This document shows positions 33,896 through 34,938 of a DNA stretch of 34,938 nucleotides, piece after piece (the stretch's first letter is position 1; the number at the start of each line of letters is the position of its first letter). The stretch lies in the IMG/VR virus record IMGVR_UViG_3300033076_000095, positions 1 through 34,938 of that record; one strand, 5' to 3'. Both the position numbers and the translations under genes were made by a program. The notes beneath the pieces are model-generated. The model saw nothing but the letters and a program-made list of their open reading frames with translations. It did no database searches and was not told where the DNA came from. The DNA comes from a virus (lineage: Duplodnaviria; Caudoviricetes).

Positions 33896-34129
33896 ATGTC
33901 TAATCCAGGTCCAGCAAGTACCCAAACCCCTATTTATTTGCTCAACGGTGGCGCAGCTGACGGTTCGTTGGTTGGCGCTTCTGGCGGCAAAGTTGGCTTC
34001 TACGGTACAACTCCTGTTGTGCAAGCTAGCGCAATCACCACCATTGGCAACTCTGCCACTGGCACTGAAATCGCTACTGCCGTGAACGCAATCATTACTG
34101 CTTTGAAGAACGTTGGTCTCACAGCCTAA
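33896..34129 (+). CDS. Small capsid-associated (decoration-like) protein
   Basis: KVGFYGTTPVVQ...VNAIITALKNVGL; AAGGA RBS; directly after the coat gene. Confidence 0.65.
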   Translation: MSNPGPASTQTPIYLLNGGAADGSLVGASGGKVGFYGTTPVVQASAITTIGNSATGTEIATAVNAIITALKNVGLTA

Positions 34130-34147
34130 TCTTTAAGTAGATAATGC

Positions 34148-34178
34148 AAGGCCATTCTCGAAAGGGAGTGGCCTTTTT
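34148..34178 (+). terminator. Rho-independent terminator
   Basis: AAGGCCATTCTC-GAAA-GGGAGTGGCCTT followed by a T run. Confidence 0.8.
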
Positions 34179-34194
34179 CATTTAGGAGACACTT

Positions 34195-34854
34195 ATGCAC
34201 GTTATGGTTGCAATTCCATCCTACACAGGGGTGGTTCATTGCTCAACAATGAAAAGTTTGATGGGTGATCTAATCAAACTGGTCAAAAGGGGTGACACAT
34301 TTACGCTTGTTGACGAAATCGGAAGTGCTTTGATTGCTGATTGCCGCAGTCAAATTGCCACAAAGTTTTGGGAATCGGACTGTGATTGCCTTGTTTTTGT
34401 TGATAACGATGTGTCTTGGCAGGAAGGCGCATTGCTAAAACTGATAGATGCTCCAGTTGATGTTGTTTCTGGCATTTATCCATATAGGCTCGATCCAATT
34501 TCTTACCCAGTTCACTACTTAGACAAACCAGAGCTTTGGGCTGATCCTGAAACTGGCTTGCTTGAGGTTAAATCTGTGCCCACAGGGTTTATGAAGATCA
34601 GCCGTAATTGCATTGCCAAGATGATTGAGGCCAACCCTGAAAAACACTATTTCACAGCAGATCGAGACAAGACTTTTTACCCATTGTTTGACCATATTTT
34701 TGATGATGGTTGCAAGTGGGGTGAGGATTATTCATTCTGCATCCGTTGGCGTAATGCTGGCGGTCAAGTCTGGATTGACCCTGAAATTACAATGGGTCAT
34801 ACTGGCTACAAAACTTTCATTGGTAACATTGGCGAATGGCTCAGAAATCGTTAG
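34195..34854 (+). CDS. GT-A fold (GT2-like) glycosyltransferase
   Basis: VMVAIPSY, FVDND (DxD), TGFMKISR, GEDYSFC.RWR..GG.VWIDP...GH; AGGAG RBS. Confidence 0.8.
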   Translation: MHVMVAIPSYTGVVHCSTMKSLMGDLIKLVKRGDTFTLVDEIGSALIADCRSQIATKFWESDCDCLVFVDNDVSWQEGALLKLIDAPVDVVSGIYPYRLDPISYPVHYLDKPELWADPETGLLEVKSVPTGFMKISRNCIAKMIEANPEKHYFTADRDKTFYPLFDHIFDDGCKWGEDYSFCIRWRNAGGQVWIDPEITMGHTGYKTFIGNIGEWLRNR

Positions 34855-34884
34855 AATTGACCCATTCTTTGCAAAGGAATTTTT

Positions 34885-34938
34885 ATGGCAACCGTAACCA
34901 ATTTTGTCCGACCAATCGGCGTAACAACCGCTGTTTCT
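34885..34938 (+). CDS. 5' part of a small virion-module gene (partial, MATVTNFVRPIGVTTAVS...)
   Basis: AAGGA RBS, ATG at 34885, open to the window end. Confidence 0.65.
   Translation, partial: MATVTNFVRPIGVTTAVS

Overview
The window is an almost complete ~35-kb tailed dsDNA phage genome with P22-like (short-tailed) morphogenesis genes; its two ends appear to lie in the same small virion gene, suggesting a linearised circle missing a short piece. Order: tail fibres (49-4749), head-tail adaptor, gp10-like hub and ejection proteins (4733-12649), collar-domain tail protein and lysis cassette (12652-15371), a leftward early arm with MazG, SSB-like, YqaJ exonuclease and ERF recombinase (15368-19569), a Cro-only divergent switch, a rightward arm with a DUF1376/YdaU replication initiator, Mom-like DNA-modification enzyme, VRR-NUC nuclease, three HNH endonucleases and a GroES-like protein, then terS, terL, portal, scaffold, coat and a glycosyltransferase. 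I saw no integrase, CI repressor or DNA polymerase. The most unusual content is non-coding: (1) a ~430-nt cassette between terS and terL where two covarying RNA scaffolds with different T-loop/GNRA cargo alternate with tRNA-Asn and a kissing-loop tRNA-like element; (2) two copies of a three-way-junction/pseudoknot 5' leader in front of the replication initiator and an HNH gene. Also notable: an in-frame amber hiding an SSB-type IPF tail, a secreted 4-Cys micropeptide, an ATT-start gene and a recoded duplication marking an HNH insertion. All family calls come from motif recognition by eye, not database searches.
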